41,819 nt of DNA, taken from the IMG/VR virus record IMGVR_UViG_3300020045_017494, positions 1 to 41,819 of that record; one strand, given 5' to 3'. A program made the translations under genes and the position numbers. The notes beneath the pieces are model-generated. The model was not told the origin of the DNA, did no database searches, and worked only from the letters and a program-made list of their open reading frames with translations. This document shows, piece after piece, positions 17,085-26,051 of the stretch. Within the stretch, counting starts at the first letter, position 1. Each line of letters opens with the position of its first letter. This stretch comes from a virus (lineage: Duplodnaviria > Caudoviricetes).

Positions 17085-18587
17085 ATGAAAAATGTTAAAT
17101 ACGACGCCGTAATGGGCATATTGCGCGAAGAGGATGGAGCAATAATAAATCTTACTCTTGCCGAACTCGAAGAGATGATAACTGCAGCAGCTCTCCCAAT
17201 CGGTCAAAAATACTATGTGACAGATAAAGATTGGTTGCTTTATGCCAACACTCCAAGCACGATGAAGCCTGTTTCAGGTAGCTTGCATATTTTCAATGGA
17301 CAAACTTTGCCAACAGGAGTTGAGCCCGATGTGTTACTGATTGATACAGGGATTATAGATTGGGATATTTCTGCTTTAGGTACTCCATTAGTAGTAGATG
17401 TCCCTTTGAATTATTCAGCGATTATGGCTCATATAGACGTGATTTATAACTCTGACGTGGTAACCTTTACTTATAATACTGCTCCGATTGGTTTTGAAGA
17501 TGTTAGCACTAGCAGTATATTTTCAGTAACATTAGAGAAGTACTTAAATGTCTTAGGTTGTTCTTTCGGATCATCTGTTTTTGTAGTAGGAGATAAAGTT
17601 AGATTCCTTATAGAATTTCAACGTTCCGAACTATCAGTACCTATTCCTGTACCTCAAATTGTGAGTGCAGAGGTAGATGAAATGGGGCAGATAATAGTAA
17701 CTATGGATAGTGATTTCAATACATATACACAAGACATTACAGTAATAAGTTCTATACAGGGAAGTTGCTTTGACTCAATAGGTGATATGCCTGATGAGAG
17801 AACAATTTACATATATGCTTCTTCACCCGTAGTTTATGGGGAGACAATATTACTGAGCATGGCATCGGGGGCAATCAAAAACACATGGGGTGGTTTACTT
17901 GCCGAAGTAGTTGATTATCCTGTGGTGAATAATGTGCCCGAACCCGAGTATTTGCACTTTGTTTCAGCAGAAGCAGTTTCAGATAGTGATATTATCATTG
18001 TTTGTGATAAAGAACCTTTGGAAATTTCAGGTGATTTATTCATTTATGTCAATAGCAGTGAAGTGTCAGTCAGCGATATCGAATTTACAGGAAATGAAAT
18101 AAGGATACATGGTATAAATCCAATAATAAACCCAAATGATGTAGTGACTTTATCATCAGCAAGAAACCAAATAGTTGCAGTTGGCGGAATAATAAAAAAT
18201 GACCATATTGTAAACTTCCCAGTTGTAAATAATTCAATTCCGACATTTGAATTACAAACAACAACTGAAAATTACTCGTTTCTAGATGGTGGGGATTACA
18301 CAGTTATAAGAGGTATTTTGAACACCGTTGTTGACTTTAGTGGTTGGGTATTAGATATGTCTAAAATTCACATTGTATATACAGGGGCAGGCACACTAAA
18401 TGCATCTGTAAATAATATACTTGATTCTTCAACAGGAAAATTGAGGATTAATCTGAATGGGCTACATAATAATGCAGTAGTAGGAGGTTTGGTATATGTA
18501 CGACTAGACTTGGGAGCAATAACGAAACCTAATGGTGATATATCTAGAGCTCTTGTAACGACAGAGCAACCCTTTGACGTATTGTAA
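17085..18587 (+). CDS. Acidic Ig-like (SwmB-like) repeat protein
   Basis: Two tandem repeats of about 95 aa (VSAEV...PVVNN; VSAEA...PVVNN); AT-richer interior. Confidence 0.6.
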   Translation: MKNVKYDAVMGILREEDGAIINLTLAELEEMITAAALPIGQKYYVTDKDWLLYANTPSTMKPVSGSLHIFNGQTLPTGVEPDVLLIDTGIIDWDISALGTPLVVDVPLNYSAIMAHIDVIYNSDVVTFTYNTAPIGFEDVSTSSIFSVTLEKYLNVLGCSFGSSVFVVGDKVRFLIEFQRSELSVPIPVPQIVSAEVDEMGQIIVTMDSDFNTYTQDITVISSIQGSCFDSIGDMPDERTIYIYASSPVVYGETILLSMASGAIKNTWGGLLAEVVDYPVVNNVPEPEYLHFVSAEAVSDSDIIIVCDKEPLEISGDLFIYVNSSEVSVSDIEFTGNEIRIHGINPIINPNDVVTLSSARNQIVAVGGIIKNDHIVNFPVVNNSIPTFELQTTTENYSFLDGGDYTVIRGILNTVVDFSGWVLDMSKIHIVYTGAGTLNASVNNILDSSTGKLRINLNGLHNNAVVGGLVYVRLDLGAITKPNGDISRALVTTEQPFDVL

Positions 18588-18589
18588 TC

Positions 18590-19027
18590 ATGTTTATAAT
18601 AACAATCATATCAGCAATAATCCTTTGGCGCACTTACGATGCGCTTAGGGCTTTGCCACAAACTGAGAGTGTGTCGCTATGGTGGCACGCTCTTAGTTTT
18701 GCATTTATGCTTGTGCTTTCAGCATTTGTATATTACCACTATTTTGGGTTCACCTGGGCTGGATGGCAACCTGCACTTTTAACTGCAGTTGCGAGCTGGT
18801 GGCTTTGCGATTTTGTATTTAACCTGGTAAATAAACAAAGCCTGTTTTATGCCGGCGACGGCCACGGAAGCAGTCTGGAGAGGGTTTTTACCAGGTTAGG
18901 CAATAAGGTAAACTTCCCGTTGTGGGTGGTTTTGCTCCTTGCCAAAGTTTTAACAACCATTACTACTGTGCTACTTGTATGTTATGGCAAAGCTTTTGTT
19001 GCTTTTATTACTGGCATTATCAATTAA
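18590..19027 (+). CDS. Multi-pass membrane protein
   Basis: About four hydrophobic helices; D..FN...FY.G motif. Confidence 0.7.
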   Translation: MFIITIISAIILWRTYDALRALPQTESVSLWWHALSFAFMLVLSAFVYYHYFGFTWAGWQPALLTAVASWWLCDFVFNLVNKQSLFYAGDGHGSSLERVFTRLGNKVNFPLWVVLLLAKVLTTITTVLLVCYGKAFVAFITGIIN

Positions 19028-19337
19028 CGTAACAGCCCAGTTTAACCCCGGCAAATACTGGCCGGTTGGTTTTGTGCAGGCATCGGATGAGGATGCCGGC
19101 TCGGAGCTTACCTATAGCATCACGGCCGGCAATACAGGCTCATACTTTGTAATTATGCCTTGCCAGGGTATCGTTAAAGTAGATACTGCAGCCTATACCT
19201 CCTTTACCTTGCAACGCACCTGGTACCTAACCATCAAAGTAACTGATATGGAAGGTAATTACCGCAAAACAACCGGAAAGGTGGTTTTAAAAAAGGTGAA
19301 AGGTGTAAAGGTGATACCAACGGTTGTGGGGTTATGA
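18984..19337 (+). CDS. Secreted cadherin-like domain protein
   Basis: Signal peptide ending VTA-Q, then VQASDEDAG..LTYSITAGN..YF.I...LTIKVTD cadherin signature. Confidence 0.7.
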   Translation: MAKLLLLLLLALSINVTAQFNPGKYWPVGFVQASDEDAGSELTYSITAGNTGSYFVIMPCQGIVKVDTAAYTSFTLQRTWYLTIKVTDMEGNYRKTTGKVVLKKVKGVKVIPTVVGL

Positions 19338-20047
19338 CTGTAGGGGAAGTGGTATATGAGCTGCGGAAATCAGAAGGACTTACGCAAAGTAACCTTGCCC
19401 TGGCTGCCGGAATTTCGGAACGCTACGTTAATTTTATTGAGCGCGATAAAAAGAAACCAAGCAACAAAGTCCTGATCCGGATTGCCAAAGCCGTTAACCG
19501 CGATGTTACAACGTTTTACTCGGTTAATCACGATACTTTTTCTGTTATTTTTTCGCCACCGGGTACCTACCGCATCAACGACCTTGATCAGAACTTACTG
19601 CTGAACGAAAAACGCCTGTACACCTATTGCCTTAATCTTTACCGGGGAAACAAAGAAAAAGCCAACAACCTGGCACAGGCCACACGTACCGAAGCTTTGC
19701 TGTATCATTACCGATACCATAACCAATGCCTGTTTCATGTATGGCTTTACAAAATTGCCTATAATCTATATGCAGGAATCCACAAAAAAGACCGGCGCTT
19801 AACGTTTGTTGAAACCTACATAGAAACCGGCGAAATAAAAGAAGAGGAACAACCGGATATCAACCTGATTGAATACATCAACCGGCTTCCCGAAAAGCAG
19901 CGCGAACTGGTAAGGCTTCGATTATCAAAGTACAGCTACCAGGAAATAGGTAAGATTTTGAAAATAAAGCCACTCTCAGCAAAATCAAAATTCTGGCACA
20001 TTAAAGGCCGCTTAAAACAACTTATTGAAAATAAGGAGGCAGTATGA
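19334..20047 (+). CDS. XRE-family HTH fused to an ECF sigma-70-like factor
   Basis: N-terminal LRKSEGLTQSNLALAAGISERYVNFIER (XRE); sigma region 2 (RLYTYCLNL...ANNLAQ...WLYKIAYN); region 4 (INRLPEKQRELV.L...YSYQEIGKIL). Confidence 0.8.
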   Translation: MTVGEVVYELRKSEGLTQSNLALAAGISERYVNFIERDKKKPSNKVLIRIAKAVNRDVTTFYSVNHDTFSVIFSPPGTYRINDLDQNLLLNEKRLYTYCLNLYRGNKEKANNLAQATRTEALLYHYRYHNQCLFHVWLYKIAYNLYAGIHKKDRRLTFVETYIETGEIKEEEQPDINLIEYINRLPEKQRELVRLRLSKYSYQEIGKILKIKPLSAKSKFWHIKGRLKQLIENKEAV

Positions 20048-20054
20048 GACTGTT

Positions 20055-21239
20055 CTATTTAGTTTTTTCTGGATCCAGTGCAATTTTCATATCATTCATC
20101 CGGTCCAGTTCCTTGCGCATTGTTTGTTTCTCGAGCTTAGCATAAATTTCGGTAGTAGCGATCTGGCTATGGCCAAGCATTTCGCTAATCACTTTCAGGC
20201 TTACATCTTTTCGAAGCATCAGGGTTGCACAAGTATGCCTGGCAATATGGGTAGATAATGGTTTTTTGATGGAGCAAGCTATTGCAACCAGTTTGAGCAG
20301 CCGGTTTTGCATGTATAGATCCGGAGCCGGGAAGATCCTGCCGGTAGAACGATATCGGTTAATTAATTCTACCGCTTCCGGAAGCAGGTAGACTGTGTAG
20401 TACTCTCCGCTTTTTTTTCGCAAGCCCTCGATCCATAGTTTGCCATCTATTTCACGCAAATGCGAAGGCTTGAGTGTCTGAACATCTTTGTATGCTAATC
20501 CTGTGTAAACACTGAACAAGAACAAGTCGCGGGTAAGAGCTATGCCCGGATCCTCAATTACTGTGGTGGTGAGACTTGCTATTTCGGAATCATCGAGCCG
20601 CTGCCGTATAGCATGTTTGCCATGGGGAACTGAAAATTTTAGGTAAGGGTTTTTGCCATAATCCATCAGTCCGGATTTTTCGGCCAGGTGAATATAAGTT
20701 TTAATATTTTTATGATACTTATGGATGGTAGGCTGTTGTTTATTTTCAGCACGCAGCGCCTGATCAAAAGAAACTATATTTTCATAAGTAAGATCAGCAA
20801 ACTTGGTGATGCCGGCATCCTTTAACCGCTCCAGGCAAGTAAGATGCGACTGGCGGGTTTTAACCGTAATATCATTACGCTGCATGGCCTGCTGCTTGAA
20901 AAAATCGTAGAAGCTTCCTACGTTCGCGCCCCTATTTATGAAATCCGTAATATCGTTACCTGTAAGAAACCGGCCTGAATCATTCAGGTGCATTTCGTAC
21001 TTTCGGAGCTTATTTATAAAATCGGATAATTGCCGGTTATAGAAAGAATCCATGGCGGTACCTGAAACTTGCCGGGTACGAACATCCCACTGGGACTGTT
21101 CGACATAGATATTTGTTCCCAGGTATTTTTTTTGAGTTCCGGGAAGCAGAACTTCGATCTGGATCAGTGCCGTGTCGCCCGGGAGAAGTTTTTGTTTCTT
21201 CCGGTTGAATACCAGGTTAAAAATTGCAGTCGTTCTCAT
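20055..21239 (-). CDS. int: Tyrosine integrase
   Basis: Arm-binding and SAM-like N-terminal domains; TGLAYKD, THIARHT, LGHS and TEIYA catalytic motifs; next to attP. Confidence 0.95.
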   Translation of the reverse strand: MRTTAIFNLVFNRKKQKLLPGDTALIQIEVLLPGTQKKYLGTNIYVEQSQWDVRTRQVSGTAMDSFYNRQLSDFINKLRKYEMHLNDSGRFLTGNDITDFINRGANVGSFYDFFKQQAMQRNDITVKTRQSHLTCLERLKDAGITKFADLTYENIVSFDQALRAENKQQPTIHKYHKNIKTYIHLAEKSGLMDYGKNPYLKFSVPHGKHAIRQRLDDSEIASLTTTVIEDPGIALTRDLFLFSVYTGLAYKDVQTLKPSHLREIDGKLWIEGLRKKSGEYYTVYLLPEAVELINRYRSTGRIFPAPDLYMQNRLLKLVAIACSIKKPLSTHIARHTCATLMLRKDVSLKVISEMLGHSQIATTEIYAKLEKQTMRKELDRMNDMKIALDPEKTK

Positions 21240-21283
21240 GGCCGGTAGATTGATCGGTAGAATGTGGTGGCGTATGGGTAGAA

Positions 21284-21291
21284 CAAATATA
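21284..21291 (-). promoter_or_regulatory. Sigma-A -7 element for the integrase
   Basis: Reverse complement is TATATTTG, about 45 nt upstream of the int ATG. Confidence 0.55.
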
Positions 21292-21382
21292 GAATTTTAT
21301 ACAAAAATAAAGTACTTTATTTTGTAACTACTAGTTTTTAAAATCTTCTGAAAGGCTTGATACTTCTGTAAGTAACTGATAT

Positions 21383-21416
21383 AAAAGCAAAAAGCCCAGA
21401 AGAGACTTCTGAGCTT
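21383..21416 (-). terminator. Terminator downstream of the tRNA fragment
   Basis: Minus strand AAGCTCAGAAG-TCT-CTTCTGGGCTT-TTTGCTTTT. Confidence 0.8.
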
Positions 21417-21419
21417 GAG

Positions 21420-21434
21420 GCGGTCCGGACGGGA
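21420..21434 (-). other. att core, 3' end of a host tRNA-Asp
   Basis: Minus strand TCCCGTCCGGACCGC matches the T-arm/acceptor 3' strand of Bacteroidota tRNA-Asp(GTC) as recalled. Confidence 0.75.
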
Positions 21435-21538
21435 GGCAGACAAACTCATACTAAGAAGCTATTAATTAGCTATTTATAGCACATTCAACTTGTTCAGGTA
21501 GATTGGCGGTAGAATATGTATTTTTTCAGAGCGATGCA

Positions 21539-22036
21539 CTACCTTCCACCTGTGGCGGCATCGGGCACATTTTTTGAGTCGGGAGCAGATAAATTGTTTA
21601 TCGTTTCGGAATTAATGGCTATGATTTTTGTTTGCTGATCCTGGATGCTTACAAGCTTATTGATAGTTTCCATCAAAGAAGCATTCTGACGCAGAATTTC
21701 TGAATTTTGATTTAATAACTTATCTATCGGACTAAGTCCGTTTAATTCCTTTTTCTGATCCTCAATAACAAAAGCATTGGAGTTTTGAATATATGAATTT
21801 TTAGCGGGTTCGAAGTCGGGATTAAGCATATTCCCAATCTCATTAGTAAGCCAGGATATATTAAATTGAGGGTATTTTGCAATAATTTTTAGCGCGATAT
21901 TAAGACCTATTGTATTATTTTTATTCAAAATTCGGTATATCATATCGGGTGTAGGCAGTCCAATAGCCTTTGAAAAGGGACTAGCCTTTAAATTTACTGC
22001 TTTTAGTACCTCGTTAAGACGTTCACTATTAGTCAT
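21539..22036 (-). CDS. CI-like repressor
   Basis: N-terminal HTH (ERLNEVL...FSKAIG...YPQFNISWLTNEIGNML), C-terminal coiled coil, divergent from the early operon. Confidence 0.8.
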   Translation of the reverse strand: MTNSERLNEVLKAVNLKASPFSKAIGLPTPDMIYRILNKNNTIGLNIALKIIAKYPQFNISWLTNEIGNMLNPDFEPAKNSYIQNSNAFVIEDQKKELNGLSPIDKLLNQNSEILRQNASLMETINKLVSIQDQQTKIIAINSETINNLSAPDSKNVPDAATGGR

Positions 22037-22065
22037 TTGCAGTATATAAAAATTTATTTCAAAAA

Positions 22066-22101
22066 TATTTAATACTTTTTGTCGTATTTAATACTTTTTG
22101 T
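22066..22101. promoter_or_regulatory. Tandem putative operators in the lysis-lysogeny switch
   Basis: TATTTAATACTTTTTGT twice (22066-22082, 22085-22101); includes the palindrome GTATT-T-AATAC. Confidence 0.7.
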
Positions 22102-22170
22102 ATTACTTTAGCCGTGTTAATCAGATGTAAAGATACTGTAAACGAAAGCGCAAAGCAATACCTATTTATA

Positions 22171-22452
22171 ATGACAAACAACATCCCTTATACCGAGGAA
22201 CAAATTAAGATGATTCAGGACGCTAAAGTAACTATGCCCCGCAATTGGGCTGCATTGCTAAGTGACCGCATTTTTAAGAAAACAAAAAAGAGATATTCAA
22301 ACGTGTATATCTCCCGCGCCCTGGGCATTAATCCGACTTTTTATAACAGTACCATATTTAATGCATTCGTAGACTACAAGGAAGAGCTTGAGTTGACTTT
22401 TTCGAATAATGTTAACCGCCTAAAATCGTCGACTTATGAACCAGCTAAATAA
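22171..22452 (+). CDS. Cro-like early protein
   Basis: First gene divergent from the repressor; basic, HTH-like (YSNVYISRAL). Confidence 0.5.
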   Translation: MTNNIPYTEEQIKMIQDAKVTMPRNWAALLSDRIFKKTKKRYSNVYISRALGINPTFYNSTIFNAFVDYKEELELTFSNNVNRLKSSTYEPAK

Positions 22453-22945
22453 AGCTTTAACTGAGCAGGGAAGCATTGAGTATTTTATTGATCCATGGAA
22501 CGGATTAATCATGGCTATGGAAGCCGGCGTAACTGTGCCTGTGAATCCCGACCGGAACAGGTACTATGATCTGATCCTGAATATACTTATTGAACATCCG
22601 GTTTACAGTAAAATGCGTAGCCGGTATCCAAATGATGTTCAGTTTGTGTTTGATTTTATCCGCTGGTACCTGAGCGGATTTAACCAAAACGCCGATATAG
22701 TTGATGGCCAGCTTACTGATTTTGATGGCGATAAACATGCCCTGATAAATCATGTGGAAGTTACTCCCAGGGAAAGAGATATCATTCACCTGATGGGAGA
22801 TGGTAAAGCGGATAAGGAGATTGCGGACCTGTTGGGAATATCCATTAATACGGTACTTACCATCATTGCCCGTATGCGCGAAAAAATGTGCGCCACCAGT
22901 AAATATCATATTGTTTCGATGGCTGCCAAAGCCGGTATAATATAA
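22436..22945 (+). CDS. LuxR-type HTH regulator
   Basis: VTPRERDIIHLMGDGKADKEIADLLGISINTV. Confidence 0.85.
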   Translation: MNQLNKALTEQGSIEYFIDPWNGLIMAMEAGVTVPVNPDRNRYYDLILNILIEHPVYSKMRSRYPNDVQFVFDFIRWYLSGFNQNADIVDGQLTDFDGDKHALINHVEVTPRERDIIHLMGDGKADKEIADLLGISINTVLTIIARMREKMCATSKYHIVSMAAKAGII

Positions 22946-22950
22946 TTAGT

Positions 22951-23286
22951 ATGACCGAGCTCCAGGAACTAACAGCTGCTATACGCGAAAACACCCAAAC
23001 GCTTCGTGAATTAATTCAGAAGCAGGCAGTTCCGGCTATGGTTAAAGTGCAGGAAGCGGCAAGGATCCTTTCAATCAGTCCGGCAACTATCAGGCAAATG
23101 TGCGAGAGCGGAATTATTAAAGCCACGCTCATCAGCAAGGGTGCTAAGAATAAGCATTGGGTGATCAACATCCAACAAGCCAGGGAAGATTTAACCCGGG
23201 GCGGATACCTGCAGCTGATTGCTGAAAAGCATAAACAAAAAGCTGCCAGAGGAAAAAGATCATCCATCGATTTGAATCATCAATAA
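22951..23286 (+). CDS. Excisionase-like HTH protein
   Basis: MVKVQEAARILSISPATIRQMCESGIIKA. Confidence 0.75.
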   Translation: MTELQELTAAIRENTQTLRELIQKQAVPAMVKVQEAARILSISPATIRQMCESGIIKATLISKGAKNKHWVINIQQAREDLTRGGYLQLIAEKHKQKAARGKRSSIDLNHQ

Positions 23287-23296
23287 TCCAATAAAT

Positions 23297-23860
23297 ATGA
23301 AACCACAAAAACATACTATTTCCTTTGGTGATGGGGATTACTCGACACTTAGATTCTCTTTGGATTTTGAGCCAGTAGAAGTAAAGTTTGATAAAATATC
23401 ATCAAAATATTTTGGAATATCTGGTGATCACAACTGCCCTGAATACTCAATAATAACTAGGAATAAAAGTATTACAATGGGGTTTTGGAGAGCACTAGTT
23501 GATGAATGTAGTGGTCTTTTAAATAAAAAGAACGCAGTTTATAATCTAAACTATATGCAACCTTATCGGGGTAAAGGAATATCAACTTGTTTTTTACATG
23601 AGGTATTGGGAGAACGTAGAAATAATGGTTCTTCAGCATATAGATTTATTGATATTACCTGTTTACCTGTTTTTTTTTTATGGACTGATTTAATTCAAGA
23701 AACAGATACAAATAGCATTTCTTTTAAATGCTGGGAGTACCATTATTCCATGATAGCCAAACATTTAGCAATTCAAAACAATATAAAAATACCAAATATT
23801 TACGGACCACCTGAGTTTCAATTAATCGATTCACTAACCAATCAAATCCTAAAACAATGA
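23297..23860 (+). CDS. Hypothetical protein (AT-rich)
   Basis: 187 aa ORF packed in the early operon. Confidence 0.6.
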   Translation: MKPQKHTISFGDGDYSTLRFSLDFEPVEVKFDKISSKYFGISGDHNCPEYSIITRNKSITMGFWRALVDECSGLLNKKNAVYNLNYMQPYRGKGISTCFLHEVLGERRNNGSSAYRFIDITCLPVFFLWTDLIQETDTNSISFKCWEYHYSMIAKHLAIQNNIKIPNIYGPPEFQLIDSLTNQILKQ

Positions 23861-24045
23861 CAAAACAAGAAGAATTACTCCAACATTTATCAATCGTAAT
23901 GAAACGCCTAAGTGATGCAAAGATTACAATTGAAGAAGCAAAAGCACAAGCTAACCTTGTTAAGCAATCTAACAATTTATTGAGATATGATCTCGATGAA
24001 AGAAAATTTCAAGAAAAACTTTTAGAAACCCATAAAACTCAATAA
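23857..24045 (+). CDS. Hypothetical protein
   Basis: 62 aa, helical, ATGA overlap with the previous gene. Confidence 0.65.
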   Translation: MTKQEELLQHLSIVMKRLSDAKITIEEAKAQANLVKQSNNLLRYDLDERKFQEKLLETHKTQ

Positions 24046-24056
24046 TCCCAATCATC

Positions 24057-24284
24057 ATGTCAAAAACCATTAAATCAATTGAACAACTACGCCAGGAGTT
24101 TGATGAAAAATTCCCGGTAGGCAAAGTGGCAAAAAAGCCACAGCTGCAAAGCATCCTGAATTTCCTGCAGGAAAACATAGATGTTGAACGTGTAACTCCC
24201 AAGCCTTATATGAGGCACCTGCTCCGCTCCCACCTGGGATATACCAATGATGTTGTAGCAACTTATAAATCCAGTGCAGCATGA
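24057..24284 (+). CDS. Hypothetical protein
   Basis: 75 aa, ATGA overlap with parB. Confidence 0.65.
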   Translation: MSKTIKSIEQLRQEFDEKFPVGKVAKKPQLQSILNFLQENIDVERVTPKPYMRHLLRSHLGYTNDVVATYKSSAA

Positions 24285-25942
24285 GCGGAATTACACAAAT
24301 TAAAATGATTCAGATTGCGCCAAGCAAACAGAATCCACGCCGCAACATCGATGAAAATTCGATTAAAGAATTAGCTGAAAGTTTGAAACAGCTGGGTATG
24401 CTGCAGCCAATTATAGTTCGCCCTGATGCCGATGGTTTTGAAATAGTATGTGGTGAGCGCCGGTACCTGGCTGCAGAAAAAGCCAAACTAAAAGAAGTGC
24501 CCTGCATTGTGCGTGATCTTACGGATGATGAGGCCGAGGACTTCCGTATTACCGAGAACCTGCAGCGCCAGGATATAAGTCCGCTTGATGAAGCGGAAGC
24601 ATACAAACTGCTGGTTGAGCATCGGCAATATACCCCGCTGATGATTTCCACCCGGTTCGGAAAATCAGAAACTTATGTGAGGCACCGCCTGCAGTTAAAT
24701 TACCTGATTGAAGATTTTGCAAAGCTGCTGGAAAAGGAACTTATCACACTGGGCCATGCGCTGGAAATATGTAAGATAAGTCCGGCAAACCAATCAAATT
24801 TGTTTGATATGGAATTTACTTCCAATGGCTCAAGATACGGATTGAGGTCGGTTAAGGATATGCGTGATAAAATTGAACGCAATTACTCGAGCAAATTGAA
24901 ACTTGCCACTTTCGACCTGAACGAAACGTATCCCTGTGCTGAATTGCCCTGCAACCTTTGCCCCCACAATACCGCTTTTAATCAATTGCTTTTTCCCGAA
25001 ATGCAAACGGAAGGCATTTGCATGAACCCGGTTTGTTATGCTGCAAAATCGGCTTACCAGTTCCGCCAGAACCTGGTTAAAGTGGTGGAAGAAGAACCGA
25101 CCACCGCACTAATAGCACCTAATTATCTCTATGGTGATGCTGAAAAAGACCTGGATAAACTGATAAGTGAAGGATTGCTGGTTGAAAAAATACCGAACAG
25201 GTTAATTATTACTAAACCGGAGGCTCCAGAAGAACCATCTTATGAAGACCGCATGGAAAATCCAGAATTACTGGATGAATATACAGAAGAGCTGGAAGAA
25301 TATAAGGAAGAATTGGCTGAATACGAAACTAAGATTCAGAGTGGCGATATACGCAAATGCCTGATGGTAGCCGGAAACGATAAAGGAAAATTTGTATATG
25401 CTGAGCGGGATAAAACATCGACTGCAGCAGGAACAGAACCAGCAGAGTTGACTGAATTAACCGGATTAAAAGCAAAGGATAAGCGTAATGCTGAATTGCA
25501 GTTTGAAAAGACTTACCTGGAGTCGAAAGCACTACTGCAAGAAATGGATTATCCCAAATATTCGGAAGATCTGACAGAGAATGAATGGGCAGCCTTGATG
25601 CAGGTAATGTGGTTTGCAGTAAGCTCATCTCTTGCAAAATCAATGGGAGAAAAGGAATCTTCATTTCATCAAAAACAGAATATTGATTTCATGCGCAACC
25701 TAATGCCCTCGCAACGTAACCAGGTAATGCGATCATTCCTGCTAAATAAACTCGATACTTCCACACCTGGCTATTTACCTGAAGAAGCCAAAGCTTTGCT
25801 CCAGATAACCGCCGAACGCTTCCCTGACGAAGCCAAAACTATTGTAAAGCAGCAGGAAGAGGTTTACCAGAAACGTAAAAAATCAATTGACTCACGCATC
25901 TACGAGTTGGAGCATTTGCAGCTGAAAGCTGCTGTAGAATAA
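24281..25942 (+). CDS. parB: ParB/RepB/Spo0J-family protein
   Basis: NPRR...GMLQPIIVR...IVCGERRYLA...ENLQRQDISPLDEA; extra Cys cluster; no adjacent parA. Confidence 0.9.
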   Translation: MSGITQIKMIQIAPSKQNPRRNIDENSIKELAESLKQLGMLQPIIVRPDADGFEIVCGERRYLAAEKAKLKEVPCIVRDLTDDEAEDFRITENLQRQDISPLDEAEAYKLLVEHRQYTPLMISTRFGKSETYVRHRLQLNYLIEDFAKLLEKELITLGHALEICKISPANQSNLFDMEFTSNGSRYGLRSVKDMRDKIERNYSSKLKLATFDLNETYPCAELPCNLCPHNTAFNQLLFPEMQTEGICMNPVCYAAKSAYQFRQNLVKVVEEEPTTALIAPNYLYGDAEKDLDKLISEGLLVEKIPNRLIITKPEAPEEPSYEDRMENPELLDEYTEELEEYKEELAEYETKIQSGDIRKCLMVAGNDKGKFVYAERDKTSTAAGTEPAELTELTGLKAKDKRNAELQFEKTYLESKALLQEMDYPKYSEDLTENEWAALMQVMWFAVSSSLAKSMGEKESSFHQKQNIDFMRNLMPSQRNQVMRSFLLNKLDTSTPGYLPEEAKALLQITAERFPDEAKTIVKQQEEVYQKRKKSIDSRIYELEHLQLKAAVE

Positions 25943-26051
25943 TTTGAGGCTGGGGACATCGGAAAGTTTCCTGTCTGAAGCTAAACGCGCAATGCTCGCC
26001 TCTCCGGCCACCCTGTCTCCGGGGCAACATAGCAGGCCAATTGCACGATGA

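Larger units (their letters stand above)
21244..21515. other. attP region with arm-type repeats
   Basis: GGTAGATTGATCGGTAGAAT (21244-21263), GGTAGAA (21277-21283) and GGTAGATTGGCGGTAGAAT (21497-21515) flank the tRNA-derived core. Confidence 0.8.

Noticed and set aside
13324-18587. Diversity-generating retroelement or invertase shufflon acting on fibre genes
   Set aside because: No reverse transcriptase or second recombinase, and no template/variable repeat pair or inverted cassettes seen by eye.
21420-21434. Complete tRNA gene at attP
   Set aside because: Only the 3' 15 nt are present, with no T-loop, anticodon or D arm.
24281-25942. Plasmid-prophage partition system
   Set aside because: No parA or parS array identified, and integrase plus attP indicate chromosomal integration.
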